Shown here in pieces: positions 17,135 to 27,232 of a DNA stretch of 64,000 nucleotides. Position 1 is the first letter of the stretch; every line of letters starts with the position of its first letter. Position numbers and translations under genes: made by a program. A model generated the notes under the pieces. The model was not told where the DNA came from. It did not search any database and saw nothing but the letters and a program-made list of their open reading frames with translations. This DNA is from a virus (taxonomy: Duplodnaviria; Caudoviricetes), in the IMG/VR virus record IMGVR_UViG_3300037781_000079, positions 6,489 through 70,488 of that record; one strand, given 5' to 3'.

Positions 17135-18373
17135 ATGCTTTACAAACCAGGAAGCTCTAACGAGCCATCACTGAGGGGCTTAAACGCTCCGGGGTCTGAT
17201 TTTGCAGCCACATTCGGAGCGCAAATCAACGACCTGATCGCAAGGGAAACTAACTACGCGATCTTCGACGCTGCTCCGCAGCAATTCTACGATCTCAAAC
17301 TCCTGAATATGACTCCATCATTGCCTTGTGGTTCTGATGAGTTTGATTACAAGGAGATGAACTACCAAAGGGAAGCGATTGGTATCGTTTCAGGTGCCTC
17401 TGGTGTTTCATTCCCAAACACTCAGGAAATTGAGATTTCAAACATCGACAGCATTACAACTCAGACCATCGTTGTTTACCCAGACAACAGCAAGGGTAGC
17501 GTTGTAAACGTTGATACGTCAACCAACAAGATCACTGTATCTCCACTCAACGGAGGTGACTTGCCGGCTGTTACAGCGGCTGACGTTCTTGCGAACCAGT
17601 CTCCTGTTGAAGCTGACGGGGCTTCTGATTTTGCTCAGGCGTTCCGCGCAAGCACAATCACTCGTACCAACTACATCCAACTCTTCTCAAAGAGCATTAA
17701 GTACGGTGAAGTTGAGTTGTTCAAGCTGCAAAACAAGCAGATGTACAACTTCCTCGAGAACGAGAAGAGGGCTATGTTCCAACAGTCACGTATCGACATC
17801 TCGAACGTTTTCTGGAACGGAGAGAAAGGAGAGGCGGTTCTCCCGAACGGTGATCGCGCTAAGACCACTCGAGGTGTAATCCCTTGGATGAACATCGCCG
17901 GATCACCTATCGTTGAAGCTACCTCTTCAAACCTTACAAAAGGACTTGAGGATCTCGCGCTCAACACTGAGTACGGAGATTACGGCCACACCCGCTTCTT
18001 CTTTGCGACACCTCGTATAATCTTGAAGATCTCGAAGGCGTACAAAGACGCGAAGACCAGGTACAACCCGAACGATAAAGTTGCGAAACTCGGTCTCGAG
18101 TCAATCAACATCGGTTCGACCAATATCGTTCTTGTTCCGTTCAAGCGCCTTGAAGACGAGGCTTCTTTCCCTCGCTCTTTCGCGAATCAAGGTATTCTCC
18201 TTGACTTGATGAACATCAAGATGCGTCAGATGTGGGATGAGCGCATGGGCGAAACCGACGATCACCGCGCAAACGGTCAGCGTAAGCGTTCGAAGGAATT
18301 CTGGGTTGATCACAACTTTGGAGTTGAGATGAACAACCCTCTCGCAAGCGGATTCCTGAAGCTCGTATCGTAA
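17135..18373 (+). CDS. major capsid protein
   Basis: 412 aa; TNYIQLFSKSIK...ENEKRAMFQQSRIDISNVFWNG...TTRGV pattern of HK97-fold capsids; followed by terminator. Confidence 0.8.
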   Translation: MLYKPGSSNEPSLRGLNAPGSDFAATFGAQINDLIARETNYAIFDAAPQQFYDLKLLNMTPSLPCGSDEFDYKEMNYQREAIGIVSGASGVSFPNTQEIEISNIDSITTQTIVVYPDNSKGSVVNVDTSTNKITVSPLNGGDLPAVTAADVLANQSPVEADGASDFAQAFRASTITRTNYIQLFSKSIKYGEVELFKLQNKQMYNFLENEKRAMFQQSRIDISNVFWNGEKGEAVLPNGDRAKTTRGVIPWMNIAGSPIVEATSSNLTKGLEDLALNTEYGDYGHTRFFFATPRIILKISKAYKDAKTRYNPNDKVAKLGLESINIGSTNIVLVPFKRLEDEASFPRSFANQGILLDLMNIKMRQMWDERMGETDDHRANGQRKRSKEFWVDHNFGVEMNNPLASGFLKLVS

Positions 18374-18409
18374 TCAATGCTCTCCTGCAGCAAGGAGCGA
18401 AGACATAAC

Positions 18410-18440
18410 AAAAGGAGGGGTTCTGCAGGGCCCCTCTTTT
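18410..18440 (+). terminator. intrinsic terminator after major capsid gene
   Basis: AAAAGGAGGGG...CCCCTCTTTT. Confidence 0.7.
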
Positions 18441-18453
18441 AAGGATTATCAGA

Positions 18454-19323
18454 ATGGCAGTAGAAAAAAGCCGAGAAGAGGAAGCGGATGACTTCAACTT
18501 CGAAAACGAAGACAAGGGTGAGCAAGATGAAAGCAAAAAGCCCGAACAGAAAAAAACAACCGGTAAACCACCCACAAAGGCTGATGTAGAGGCTGAGAAC
18601 AAGCAGCTCAAAGCCAAGATGAAGGAGCTTGAGGAAGCGGTAAATTCTTACAAAAACACAGCCGAGAAACAATCTCCTGAGAACAACATTGAGGAGCTTA
18701 TCGAGAAGGCTCTTGAAAGCAAACTCAAGAAGGTAAACGAGCTACAAGAGGAGGTCAAAAGACTTCGTAGCGCATCCGGTGACCATGTACCGACTACAGA
18801 GGAGATTGTAGAAGATCTTCTTGAGGATCCGGCTGTGTACTACAGCTTCAGGTCGAGCTACCAAATCAGGGGCGACGTAAGAGGTGGTAAAGAGGTTCAG
18901 AACCCCGGTGATCAAGAGATTCTTTTCAGGCCGTTTGTCAGTTACAGGAGCGGATTAAACAAGACCAACGACATCATCGTCAAGAACATCTCTGTTTTCA
19001 GGACTGTTTCTAAAACGATGGTCGAATTCCTTGAAAACCACTCAAGCTACGGGATATCATTCTTCAAGGATAGCCGTGACGCAGAAAAGGTTGAGACCGA
19101 CCTTGCGAGCTACATCATTGATGCGAGCGACATCGTAAGGAGGTTGTCTGATCACGATGTGATAGAACGATCTGTAAAGCTCGGCATGAATCGCGAGCCG
19201 GATGTTGGCAACATGCGGAAGAAGCTCATCCGGGAGATGGCCAACAGGAAATTCAACTCTGTAAAGCAGAGGGGTATCGACATGGTTACAGAGTCGCACT
19301 TGAACAAGCGATCCAGAGAGTAA
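18454..19323 (+). CDS. hypothetical virion-module protein, charged N-terminal coiled coil
   Basis: 289-aa ORF after MCP. Confidence 0.75.
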   Translation: MAVEKSREEEADDFNFENEDKGEQDESKKPEQKKTTGKPPTKADVEAENKQLKAKMKELEEAVNSYKNTAEKQSPENNIEELIEKALESKLKKVNELQEEVKRLRSASGDHVPTTEEIVEDLLEDPAVYYSFRSSYQIRGDVRGGKEVQNPGDQEILFRPFVSYRSGLNKTNDIIVKNISVFRTVSKTMVEFLENHSSYGISFFKDSRDAEKVETDLASYIIDASDIVRRLSDHDVIERSVKLGMNREPDVGNMRKKLIREMANRKFNSVKQRGIDMVTESHLNKRSRE

Positions 19324-19332
19324 CGAAATTGG

Positions 19333-19343
19333 TATCTTGCAGC
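19333..19343 (+). promoter_or_regulatory. candidate promoter element TATCTTGC for tail genes
   Basis: TAnnTTGC in a 42-nt gap before the ring-protein cluster. Confidence 0.35.
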
Positions 19344-19365
19344 GAAGGATTAAAACAAGCAGCAA

Positions 19366-20124
19366 GTGCCTATTTCATCAAACAACGTACGTCAACAGAT
19401 GCTCTTTCAGCTTGATGCTGAAGGAGTTGACTTTTACGGAGATCAAGAGGATATCATCCCCGCCATAAACGCTGCAATGAGGTGGATTGTCAGCGTGATC
19501 AATTCTGCTTTAGGTCAGAAAAGGCTCGGGGAGGAAATCTTCAAGGACATGCACAGAGCCCTTGTTTTTCGCACATCGCGGAATTCAAGGGTTTCTGTTG
19601 GTGTGTTTCCAGGGCAGGTATGGACCATAACCGCCATCGCTCCGCTCCCGGTAACCGGTACAACCGGTCAGCCGGTGCCGGCTATGCCGAACGAGGATCA
19701 GTCTTACCTCAGACCGGATCTGTACCACAAGGATTCCCGGTATTCATCAAAAAGGGTTCCTATCGAGGAGTGGAACAGGGTGTCTCAAAACCCATTCGCT
19801 GCAGGTTTCGACAACGAATGCGAAGACCTGAGAGAATACGCCTATCTCAATCCAATTACTTACGACCCGGATGGCGGCCTTACCATAGAGCACGAGATTG
19901 AAATCAAGCCATTCATAGACAAAGGTCTTGTCACTATCTTCTTCATTGAGAGACCGGTAGAAATAGACACTCTTGGTGATGATGATATACCATTGCCTTC
20001 CCAGGTGTTCAACATGCTCACCAATAAAGCCCTTCAGTACATATCGTATCAGCAGGGCGACAGGACAAACCTGTTCATGGTGACACAGAGCGATATAACA
20101 ACCCTCGTTAATTCAGTACAATGA
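19366..20124 (+). CDS. head-tail ring/adaptor protein 1 (GTG start)
   Basis: About 250 aa, QEDIIPAINAAMRWIV helix typical of adaptor proteins; first of three similar-sized ORFs before the muzzle-like gene. Confidence 0.55.
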   Translation: MPISSNNVRQQMLFQLDAEGVDFYGDQEDIIPAINAAMRWIVSVINSALGQKRLGEEIFKDMHRALVFRTSRNSRVSVGVFPGQVWTITAIAPLPVTGTTGQPVPAMPNEDQSYLRPDLYHKDSRYSSKRVPIEEWNRVSQNPFAAGFDNECEDLREYAYLNPITYDPDGGLTIEHEIEIKPFIDKGLVTIFFIERPVEIDTLGDDDIPLPSQVFNMLTNKALQYISYQQGDRTNLFMVTQSDITTLVNSVQ

Positions 20125-20840
20125 CATTTAGATACGCAGCATTCGCTATACAAGAGTCCTTGAAAAAGACCGGTGATGACAGTGATGTTCAGATACCGCT
20201 GATCTTGTTCTATCTGTCAGTTGTCGCCAACAGGATAAACGCCAGGGATCTCAAGAAAGGAATCCGATCAGGTAAACACCTGGCCATATTCAACAACGTT
20301 CAGGTCCAGATGGATGACGAGCTCGGACTGTACTACATCGTGCTACCAGAGGACATCATCGAGACTGAGTACGAAGGTGGCATAGAGTTCATCACCTACA
20401 ACGTAGAGACATGCAAGTGTGATGGTCCGCAATGGGCTCAGGTGTCCTCCGACCCGGTTACCGCCGGTGAGCTTCGGGTTATCTACGGAGACCCTATAGA
20501 AAAGCCATCCGTAAAACAGCCATACCACTACATAGTTGGCTGCAGAGTGGATGACAACAAAGGGTACAAAGTGTTCCTGGCCGGACCGGAATGTATTACC
20601 CTTCACAGCGTAAAGGTAGGGCTGTACTGCCCTGTGAACCCGGCGCCATGTGATTTGGACTCAAAAATAGCTATCAAGTCATCTGATGAAGACGAGTTGA
20701 TACGCGAAACTATCAACCTCATCAGATGGGTTCAGCTTGTCCCGGAAGAATCAATCAACGATGGCGCTGACATGCAGCAAGCCCCGGAGCAACCAACTTC
20801 ACCTATTCCACAACAAGATCAATACACTGAGGATCAATGA
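20121..20840 (+). CDS. head-tail ring/adaptor protein 2
   Basis: 239 aa, synteny with crAss-like ring proteins. Confidence 0.5.
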   Translation: MTFRYAAFAIQESLKKTGDDSDVQIPLILFYLSVVANRINARDLKKGIRSGKHLAIFNNVQVQMDDELGLYYIVLPEDIIETEYEGGIEFITYNVETCKCDGPQWAQVSSDPVTAGELRVIYGDPIEKPSVKQPYHYIVGCRVDDNKGYKVFLAGPECITLHSVKVGLYCPVNPAPCDLDSKIAIKSSDEDELIRETINLIRWVQLVPEESINDGADMQQAPEQPTSPIPQQDQYTEDQ

Positions 20841-21577
20841 CAACCGACTACATAAAACCAGAAGAGGTATTAGCGCTTGCCACATCATACACCGGTGATC
20901 GCTCTTTTAGGAGTGGATTTACAAGGGGTTGGTATTTGAGCCGTTTGAAGGATGCTGTCAATGATTTCGGTGTTGCCACTTACTTGTTCCACAAGGCTAA
21001 AGACCTGAAGTTGAACCAGAAGCTACAAATCGATATCCCGGAGGGCATGTACAACATCTCAGGTGTTTACGTGATGAATGTTACCAACGGATGCTGTGTA
21101 CCAGGATCTTTCAGGCGCGTTTTATGGAAGAAGGACTTCAATAACCACCGGAACCCGGAGGATCACCCGGCCAAGCGCGACACAGGGGAAGCTCAGACTT
21201 TCTTCAATTACGACTACGAGTTCATATCTGATTCAGACAAAGGAATCTTTGGTAATGTTCAGAACAACGTTCTGATGCTATCTCCGTCCGCGTCGTCTTA
21301 CAGCCACGTAAGGATTATCGCTAATCACTACGGATCAGACAATGGTGAATTGCCTCCCGTACCAAGGTTCATGAAGGAGTATATCGCCAACTACATATCG
21401 CTCGCATTCTTCAGGGGTAAATCAGCACACGAGCCAAGAAAGTACAGAGCTCTTGCGATGGATCAAGCCCAAATGCTTGAGATGGCAGAGCGAAACGCGA
21501 GAAGAGCTGCAGTAAGATCTTCGAAATGGATAAGGGAATCTTTCCATGAGTACGCAACCTCACCAAACATCAAGTAA
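20837..21577 (+). CDS. head-tail ring/adaptor protein 3
   Basis: 246 aa, synteny. Confidence 0.5.
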   Translation: MTTDYIKPEEVLALATSYTGDRSFRSGFTRGWYLSRLKDAVNDFGVATYLFHKAKDLKLNQKLQIDIPEGMYNISGVYVMNVTNGCCVPGSFRRVLWKKDFNNHRNPEDHPAKRDTGEAQTFFNYDYEFISDSDKGIFGNVQNNVLMLSPSASSYSHVRIIANHYGSDNGELPPVPRFMKEYIANYISLAFFRGKSAHEPRKYRALAMDQAQMLEMAERNARRAAVRSSKWIRESFHEYATSPNIK

Positions 21578-24500
21578 TGGCAGAGCAGCAGAAACACCCA
21601 GAAGAGAAGAGGTTTTTCCACAAAGGGGTTGATTACGACTCAGAAGAGGAGTTGATTCAACCGGATTCCGGTATGGCTATTGACTCATGCAATATGAGGT
21701 CAAGCAGCGGTACGCAGAATCGCGGTGCCCGGAAGAAAATAAAAGGCGAGGTAGTTGAGTACCCGGCCGTTGACAACGCATGTTTTGATGGTACTGGCGG
21801 AGCTTTGTCTCCGACCTACTTCTGCATAGGCACCGAGTACATCAACAGGTCGAAGTTTGAGGTTTGGGCCGATCAGGACGGAGTGCTACCTACACTCATC
21901 AGAATCGACGGAGTTATAGTGTGCCGGTCGGAAGACCTTCCGCTTACCGCTGCTCACCCGCTTCAAATTGACAAGAATGAGAATTGCCCTGGCGGAGAGG
22001 TTTACCTCACGGATTACAATGTGCCGCCAATGGTATTCAATGTTCTGGACTTGAGAAGAAATGGTGGGCTTGAGCCAGGTTTCGAGTGCACTAATAAATA
22101 CTTCTCAGGGTTCCAGTACGATGAGTACGTACTGAGCACCAAAATATCCCAGAATACACCGGTGTTCATTCAACTGACAGGGGATCAGTCTATAATGGAC
22201 AACGTGTTCGCGCCTGATGAAAACCCTGGTCTTCCAGTTGGGTACTACTCGTATTCAGTCAGGTACGTAACAGAGGCCGGCGACCGAAGCCAAAGATCTC
22301 AGCTTACGCCTCAGATACCGGTAGTAAGGAGTTTTGGTTTTGATTGCGGTCCGGAGTTTCCCGGAACCAAAACGTTTACCGGTCCGGCCAACATAGAGGC
22401 AGCAACGGCGTATGGTATCCACATGATGCTCCGCGTTGATAATCGCCTGAACTACGACTTTATAGAGGTCATCAGGAATAAGTGGAACGCAGAGGATCCA
22501 ATAGGTACACCTCCTATTACCGAGATAGTAGGATTCATAGACATCGAACCTGGGGAGCTATCTGTTCGCAACATCCTCGACCTGAACGGCTTCGAGAGTA
22601 CACTCAATGCCGAGGAGATCTCCGAGGTCATGACCAGTATCAAGAGGGCAAAGGGTATCAGGTATCACGAAAGAAAATTGTACCTGGGTAACATTGAGTA
22701 CAACTCAAAAGTTGTTGACGACAGCTCTTACTCTCTTCTTGATGGGAACGCGATTGAACCGTGTATCAGGAAGATAAATCGCGACGGACACACCAATCCA
22801 TACAAGGCTACATACTTCAAGCATCTCATGACCGACGAGAAGTACGGTTGGGGATTCCTGCTCTGGGACGAAAACGGAGGGTACACGTTCGCGGAAGACA
22901 TCGATGGTTTTGAGAGTTTCAAACAGCCGACCAGAAGGTCAGCGCTCACACCTATCCAAGAGGATCTCAGTTATTACGGATCCCCACTGGCTGCAACAAC
23001 TGTAGCTACTGTTGATAACGTATTCGAGGTCTTCGATCTCGAGAACGCTTACGCGAAAAGTAACATAGACCTGTTCTTCAACATTGCTGATAGAGGTAAC
23101 AAAGCTCAAAGCAACATGGAGGATTACGCTCAGGTCCCCGGTGATTGGGTGAACGGCATCGGCCAGGTTCAGATACCTGAGATAGGTTTCAGACCTTTCA
23201 GACCGACCAGGCACGGAGATGACAGCTGCAATGGTCACGATTACATAATCAACCCGGAAGTAGGCACGAACGGAGAGTGGAAGACGTACAGACCGAACGG
23301 GTTCGGACCTAATTACTACGCGCATGGAGTGGCATTCAAAGGGTTCAACACCCTTCCGGAGTGGTGCACCGGCTTCTCGATTGTAAGGACAAGGCCGGCA
23401 AAAAGGGTGATGGCTCAAGGTATCGGCATGTACAAGCTGAATTCATCAGGCAACTCCCTTGGGGCGAACACAACGAAGGATCTGAACAAGATGTGGTGCT
23501 ATTTCCCTGATGGAGATCCGCTGACAGGAATAGATCCTGATTTGTACGACAGAATACTCGAGTCGCCGGAAAGCTACCGAATTGAAGCAGTGTCTCCTCT
23601 TGGTTTCTTCTCTGAGGTTTACCACTTCAGGAACGACAGCGATATATTCGACTTCCAAGCAAGCAGAGACGAAGGTATCGACATGGTTACTTACGCAAGA
23701 GTAATCAGGGAGGTGTTTGAAGGTGGGGTTCCGGACATCAACCCATTTGAAACAAACAATATGGGTATTGCCGGAGGAGACGGTAACAGGTACACAGCGT
23801 TCGGAAAGTGGAGGTCTTCTTCATCGAGTTCGGTCCCTCAGTTTGCCGGAAACCAAAAAGTAGGCGACTTCGGCATCACCTCCATAAACCAGATACCAAA
23901 CTTGAAGGGCAGGGGTAACTACGTGGAGATACAGCTTGATGAAAATATCTACCAAACCGGTCAAACCGGAGGACCAACGTCTGAGTCACCCGCTGTGAGA
24001 GCATGGCATGAACCTTTCTACATCATCAACATCGTAAAGGTGAATGCAGATGTTCCTGATCAAAACATAAAGGAGTTCCATAACGGCGGCCACGTCCAAA
24101 AACTCAAGTCTCGAATCGGCGTTGCAAACAACGAGGACGAGCAGATCTTCCAGATAGTTGATGAGCGTTGGGAGGATTTCACTCACTACGAAGAGGCAAT
24201 CCCGGAAGCTGTAAGGTCAACAAATCAATTCCTCATCCCGCTTGAGAGGTTTATCTACGTAAAGGACGAGATAGGCAACACCTACAGGTGGCTCAATGTG
24301 AACGAGAAGACACAGCCGGAAATCAACACTATACTTCAAGCTATTGAAGACAACGGCTTTTACGAGGCCACAGACTCATCAGGCACATATCAGGTGTACG
24401 GGATATACACCACCGAAGAAGAAACGATAGGTTCAGCACCAACCTTCAGGATAAGGTTTGGTTTTGACTACGACGAGTTCTCTTTCAGTTCTCAGGTACC

Positions 24501-26601
24501 ATCATCAGGGTGGCAAATTTTCGTGCACTACGACAACAGGATACCGGTACGTGTGTTCACTGGTGACACTTGGATCAATGAGTCTATCTGGGCTCCTATT
24601 GACTTAAAGTACAACGCCAACGGGGAGCCTGAAACGCCGAATGATGACTTCGGCATGAACCTCCCATTCCCTATTCAAGAGTACCATGTGAACCCGTTCA
24701 CGATCATATACAACAACACCGGGGTAATCAACAGTATCCAGGACAGGTCAAGGATGAGGTTCGACACGGATAACGGCGCCAGGCCCGCGAGAGTAAGACA
24801 GATGATCAACATGTTCACGTGCGAGTCAAGGATCAACCTGTCGATGTTCTACAACCTGGAAGACCCGTTGGAATCGAATCAGCAGTCCTTCCCAAAGAAG
24901 GGCTACATTCTGAGGCCGTACAAGTGGTCTCCCGCGAGCGATGAAGACTTTCTTGATGATAATAAGGTCTTCCAGTCTTACGAGTCTGAGTACGGAAAGG
25001 AGTGGTATAATTGGGGATACGGGGGTTTCAGATTCCTGCCGCAAGTCAATATCGACCTATCGAAAAAGAACGGTGACGGAAGGTCTTTCAGCTCTGTCCC
25101 TCAAGTCGGTTTTGAAGAGCAGAACCTGTTTTGCACCAGGATTATATGGACCCCTGACAGGCCGGTAAACGCTCAGAATACACCCTCGGTAAAGACGTTC
25201 CCGGAGTTGAATTTCAGAGACATATCTGACAACAACGGCGGCATCAAAATGCTTTGGAGTGCACTGACTCAGCAAGCCGGAAACAGCCTTTACGCGCTCA
25301 CTGATTCCGGAATCTCAATGCTACTGGTTGACAAGAGGATGCTTTCCGATGCAGACGGGGGAGATTTGAGCTACATGCAGTCAATCAACCAGGGTGTTGT
25401 AGCAGACAGATGGATCTCTCAAGAAATAGGTCTCACTGATGAGTTTTGGAGATCTGCTGCAGACTTCGACAACGCTCTGTTTTTTGCCTCAAGGCACGGC
25501 ATCTTCAAGTTCGAAGAGAATCAGATTACTCCTATACTCAGGCTCGGTTACTTCTCGAAGATGTACGAACCTCTTGAGCTTCTGTCTTCCGACTACACGG
25601 ATCATATTACAGCCGGTTACAACCCTCTCCACAATGAGTACATGCTCACTTTTGAAAGAAGGAACAGGTTGATAAACGAGCCGGTTTACCCTGTTGATTT
25701 TAGAGGTTGGTACGTCATCGATGAGGATCCCCAAGATTATGAGATACCGGGTTACTTCCTTGGCGGTGAGTACAACATCATCGAGACACTTGAGAATGAC
25801 GCGCTGATGTTTATGCCGGAGGTAGAATATGACATCCAATCAGGAATCATACTCGGGCACTACAACTTCTTCTTTCTCACCCATAGTGTAACAATCTGTA
25901 ATCACCCGAACGCTCAGTATAACCTGAAGGTAAAATTCAAGTCAGAGCCGGACGTCATAACGACTCTCGAGCTCGAGCCTGGTGAGTGCTACACTTTTAG
26001 CCACTACGAGCTGATACAAGCGCAAGGGGGTGAGTTCAACCCATTCAGCAAAGGGCATCCGTATTTCGAGTACGAGCTTTCAAACCCGGTTGTGCCGGAC
26101 CAGTTTTTTGATGGTTGCAACACGGTTATTTTTGACAACCTTGAAAGTCACTGGCAGGGTTCAACAAGTCACATCTACGATCAGTACCTACGTGTAAACA
26201 ATGAGATGTACGGGATGCGCGATGGAATCACTTATCGATTGGATAAGGGTAATGTTCTGAACGGACAACTCATCGAGGCATGGCTCATAGGTACGTGTGT
26301 AGGCATACAGGAAGACGCAAAAGAGTTCATCAGAATCAGGGTCAACTCAGACAATAAGCCGTTCTCCATCAGGTTCTATCTCAACAAGTCTGACGCGACA
26401 GCAGACAACGCGGTATGTGAGCTGTCTTTTGATCAGATCAAAAACAGGAGAGGTTTTGAACAGTACGTCCCACGGCAGATACAGAACAGACTGAGATGTC
26501 AGGGTAGAATTCTTTTTTACCGCATAATGCATAACTTAGATGAGGATTTCAAGGTGGTAACATCTGAGGTCCAATTCAAATCACTTAAAGGTCACGGATA
26601 A
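21577..26601 (+). CDS. tail stabilisation / muzzle-like protein (1674 aa)
   Basis: Size, beta-rich composition and position after ring genes as in crAss-like and P22 gp10-like tails. Confidence 0.6.
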   Translation: MAEQQKHPEEKRFFHKGVDYDSEEELIQPDSGMAIDSCNMRSSSGTQNRGARKKIKGEVVEYPAVDNACFDGTGGALSPTYFCIGTEYINRSKFEVWADQDGVLPTLIRIDGVIVCRSEDLPLTAAHPLQIDKNENCPGGEVYLTDYNVPPMVFNVLDLRRNGGLEPGFECTNKYFSGFQYDEYVLSTKISQNTPVFIQLTGDQSIMDNVFAPDENPGLPVGYYSYSVRYVTEAGDRSQRSQLTPQIPVVRSFGFDCGPEFPGTKTFTGPANIEAATAYGIHMMLRVDNRLNYDFIEVIRNKWNAEDPIGTPPITEIVGFIDIEPGELSVRNILDLNGFESTLNAEEISEVMTSIKRAKGIRYHERKLYLGNIEYNSKVVDDSSYSLLDGNAIEPCIRKINRDGHTNPYKATYFKHLMTDEKYGWGFLLWDENGGYTFAEDIDGFESFKQPTRRSALTPIQEDLSYYGSPLAATTVATVDNVFEVFDLENAYAKSNIDLFFNIADRGNKAQSNMEDYAQVPGDWVNGIGQVQIPEIGFRPFRPTRHGDDSCNGHDYIINPEVGTNGEWKTYRPNGFGPNYYAHGVAFKGFNTLPEWCTGFSIVRTRPAKRVMAQGIGMYKLNSSGNSLGANTTKDLNKMWCYFPDGDPLTGIDPDLYDRILESPESYRIEAVSPLGFFSEVYHFRNDSDIFDFQASRDEGIDMVTYARVIREVFEGGVPDINPFETNNMGIAGGDGNRYTAFGKWRSSSSSSVPQFAGNQKVGDFGITSINQIPNLKGRGNYVEIQLDENIYQTGQTGGPTSESPAVRAWHEPFYIINIVKVNADVPDQNIKEFHNGGHVQKLKSRIGVANNEDEQIFQIVDERWEDFTHYEEAIPEAVRSTNQFLIPLERFIYVKDEIGNTYRWLNVNEKTQPEINTILQAIEDNGFYEATDSSGTYQVYGIYTTEEETIGSAPTFRIRFGFDYDEFSFSSQVPSSGWQIFVHYDNRIPVRVFTGDTWINESIWAPIDLKYNANGEPETPNDDFGMNLPFPIQEYHVNPFTIIYNNTGVINSIQDRSRMRFDTDNGARPARVRQMINMFTCESRINLSMFYNLEDPLESNQQSFPKKGYILRPYKWSPASDEDFLDDNKVFQSYESEYGKEWYNWGYGGFRFLPQVNIDLSKKNGDGRSFSSVPQVGFEEQNLFCTRIIWTPDRPVNAQNTPSVKTFPELNFRDISDNNGGIKMLWSALTQQAGNSLYALTDSGISMLLVDKRMLSDADGGDLSYMQSINQGVVADRWISQEIGLTDEFWRSAADFDNALFFASRHGIFKFEENQITPILRLGYFSKMYEPLELLSSDYTDHITAGYNPLHNEYMLTFERRNRLINEPVYPVDFRGWYVIDEDPQDYEIPGYFLGGEYNIIETLENDALMFMPEVEYDIQSGIILGHYNFFFLTHSVTICNHPNAQYNLKVKFKSEPDVITTLELEPGECYTFSHYELIQAQGGEFNPFSKGHPYFEYELSNPVVPDQFFDGCNTVIFDNLESHWQGSTSHIYDQYLRVNNEMYGMRDGITYRLDKGNVLNGQLIEAWLIGTCVGIQEDAKEFIRIRVNSDNKPFSIRFYLNKSDATADNAVCELSFDQIKNRRGFEQYVPRQIQNRLRCQGRILFYRIMHNLDEDFKVVTSEVQFKSLKGHG

Positions 26602-26602
26602 G

Positions 26603-27232
26603 ATGTCAGAAGATTTAATAACCTCCGGTGGGGGCCTCGGAAAAAAGGGAAAACTCGCATCCAAAACACAGCTCGCAGTTGGAACAGGACAACTCATTTC
26701 GGGTTTCCTTGGTAGAAAAGAAGCCGAACGGATGCTTCCCGGAAATGTGGATCCCATCCTTCAAACCCAAATGAACCGGATCGACAAGAAGATCAGAGGA
26801 TTTGAAACAGGTACCCGGACCAACCGGATAGCCTCAATGATAGCCGGCGAAACAAAGCCTGGCGCTTTTGCCGGCTCAGGGCGAGCTTATCAATCAGCCG
26901 TGAACAACTCAAACACGGCTCTTGGCAGGGTGCTTACATCCCTTAACGATAGGAACAACCAGATGATTGCCAACCTTGAAGGTATGAGGCGCGGTGTAGC
27001 TGAAAAGATGTCGGATAGAAATCTTCAACTCGGCATGTACAGACACCTGGCTAAAAAGGCAATCGCTGAGAAGAGAATCCAAACCGGAGGGAACACTCTT
27101 ATGTCGTACATAGCCAACAAATCTAACGTGGGCGCTGATCCAAGGTCAGCTTACGGAACCGAGGCTTACCAAAACGACAAGAGAGTAGTGGTAACTCAAG
27201 AGGGCGACAACAATCAGAAAGATGGCCAGTAA
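26603..27232 (+). CDS. putative internal (ejected) virion protein, 209 aa
   Basis: Gly/Ala-rich N-terminus, helical basic body, position after muzzle. Confidence 0.5.
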   Translation: MSEDLITSGGGLGKKGKLASKTQLAVGTGQLISGFLGRKEAERMLPGNVDPILQTQMNRIDKKIRGFETGTRTNRIASMIAGETKPGAFAGSGRAYQSAVNNSNTALGRVLTSLNDRNNQMIANLEGMRRGVAEKMSDRNLQLGMYRHLAKKAIAEKRIQTGGNTLMSYIANKSNVGADPRSAYGTEAYQNDKRVVVTQEGDNNQKDGQ

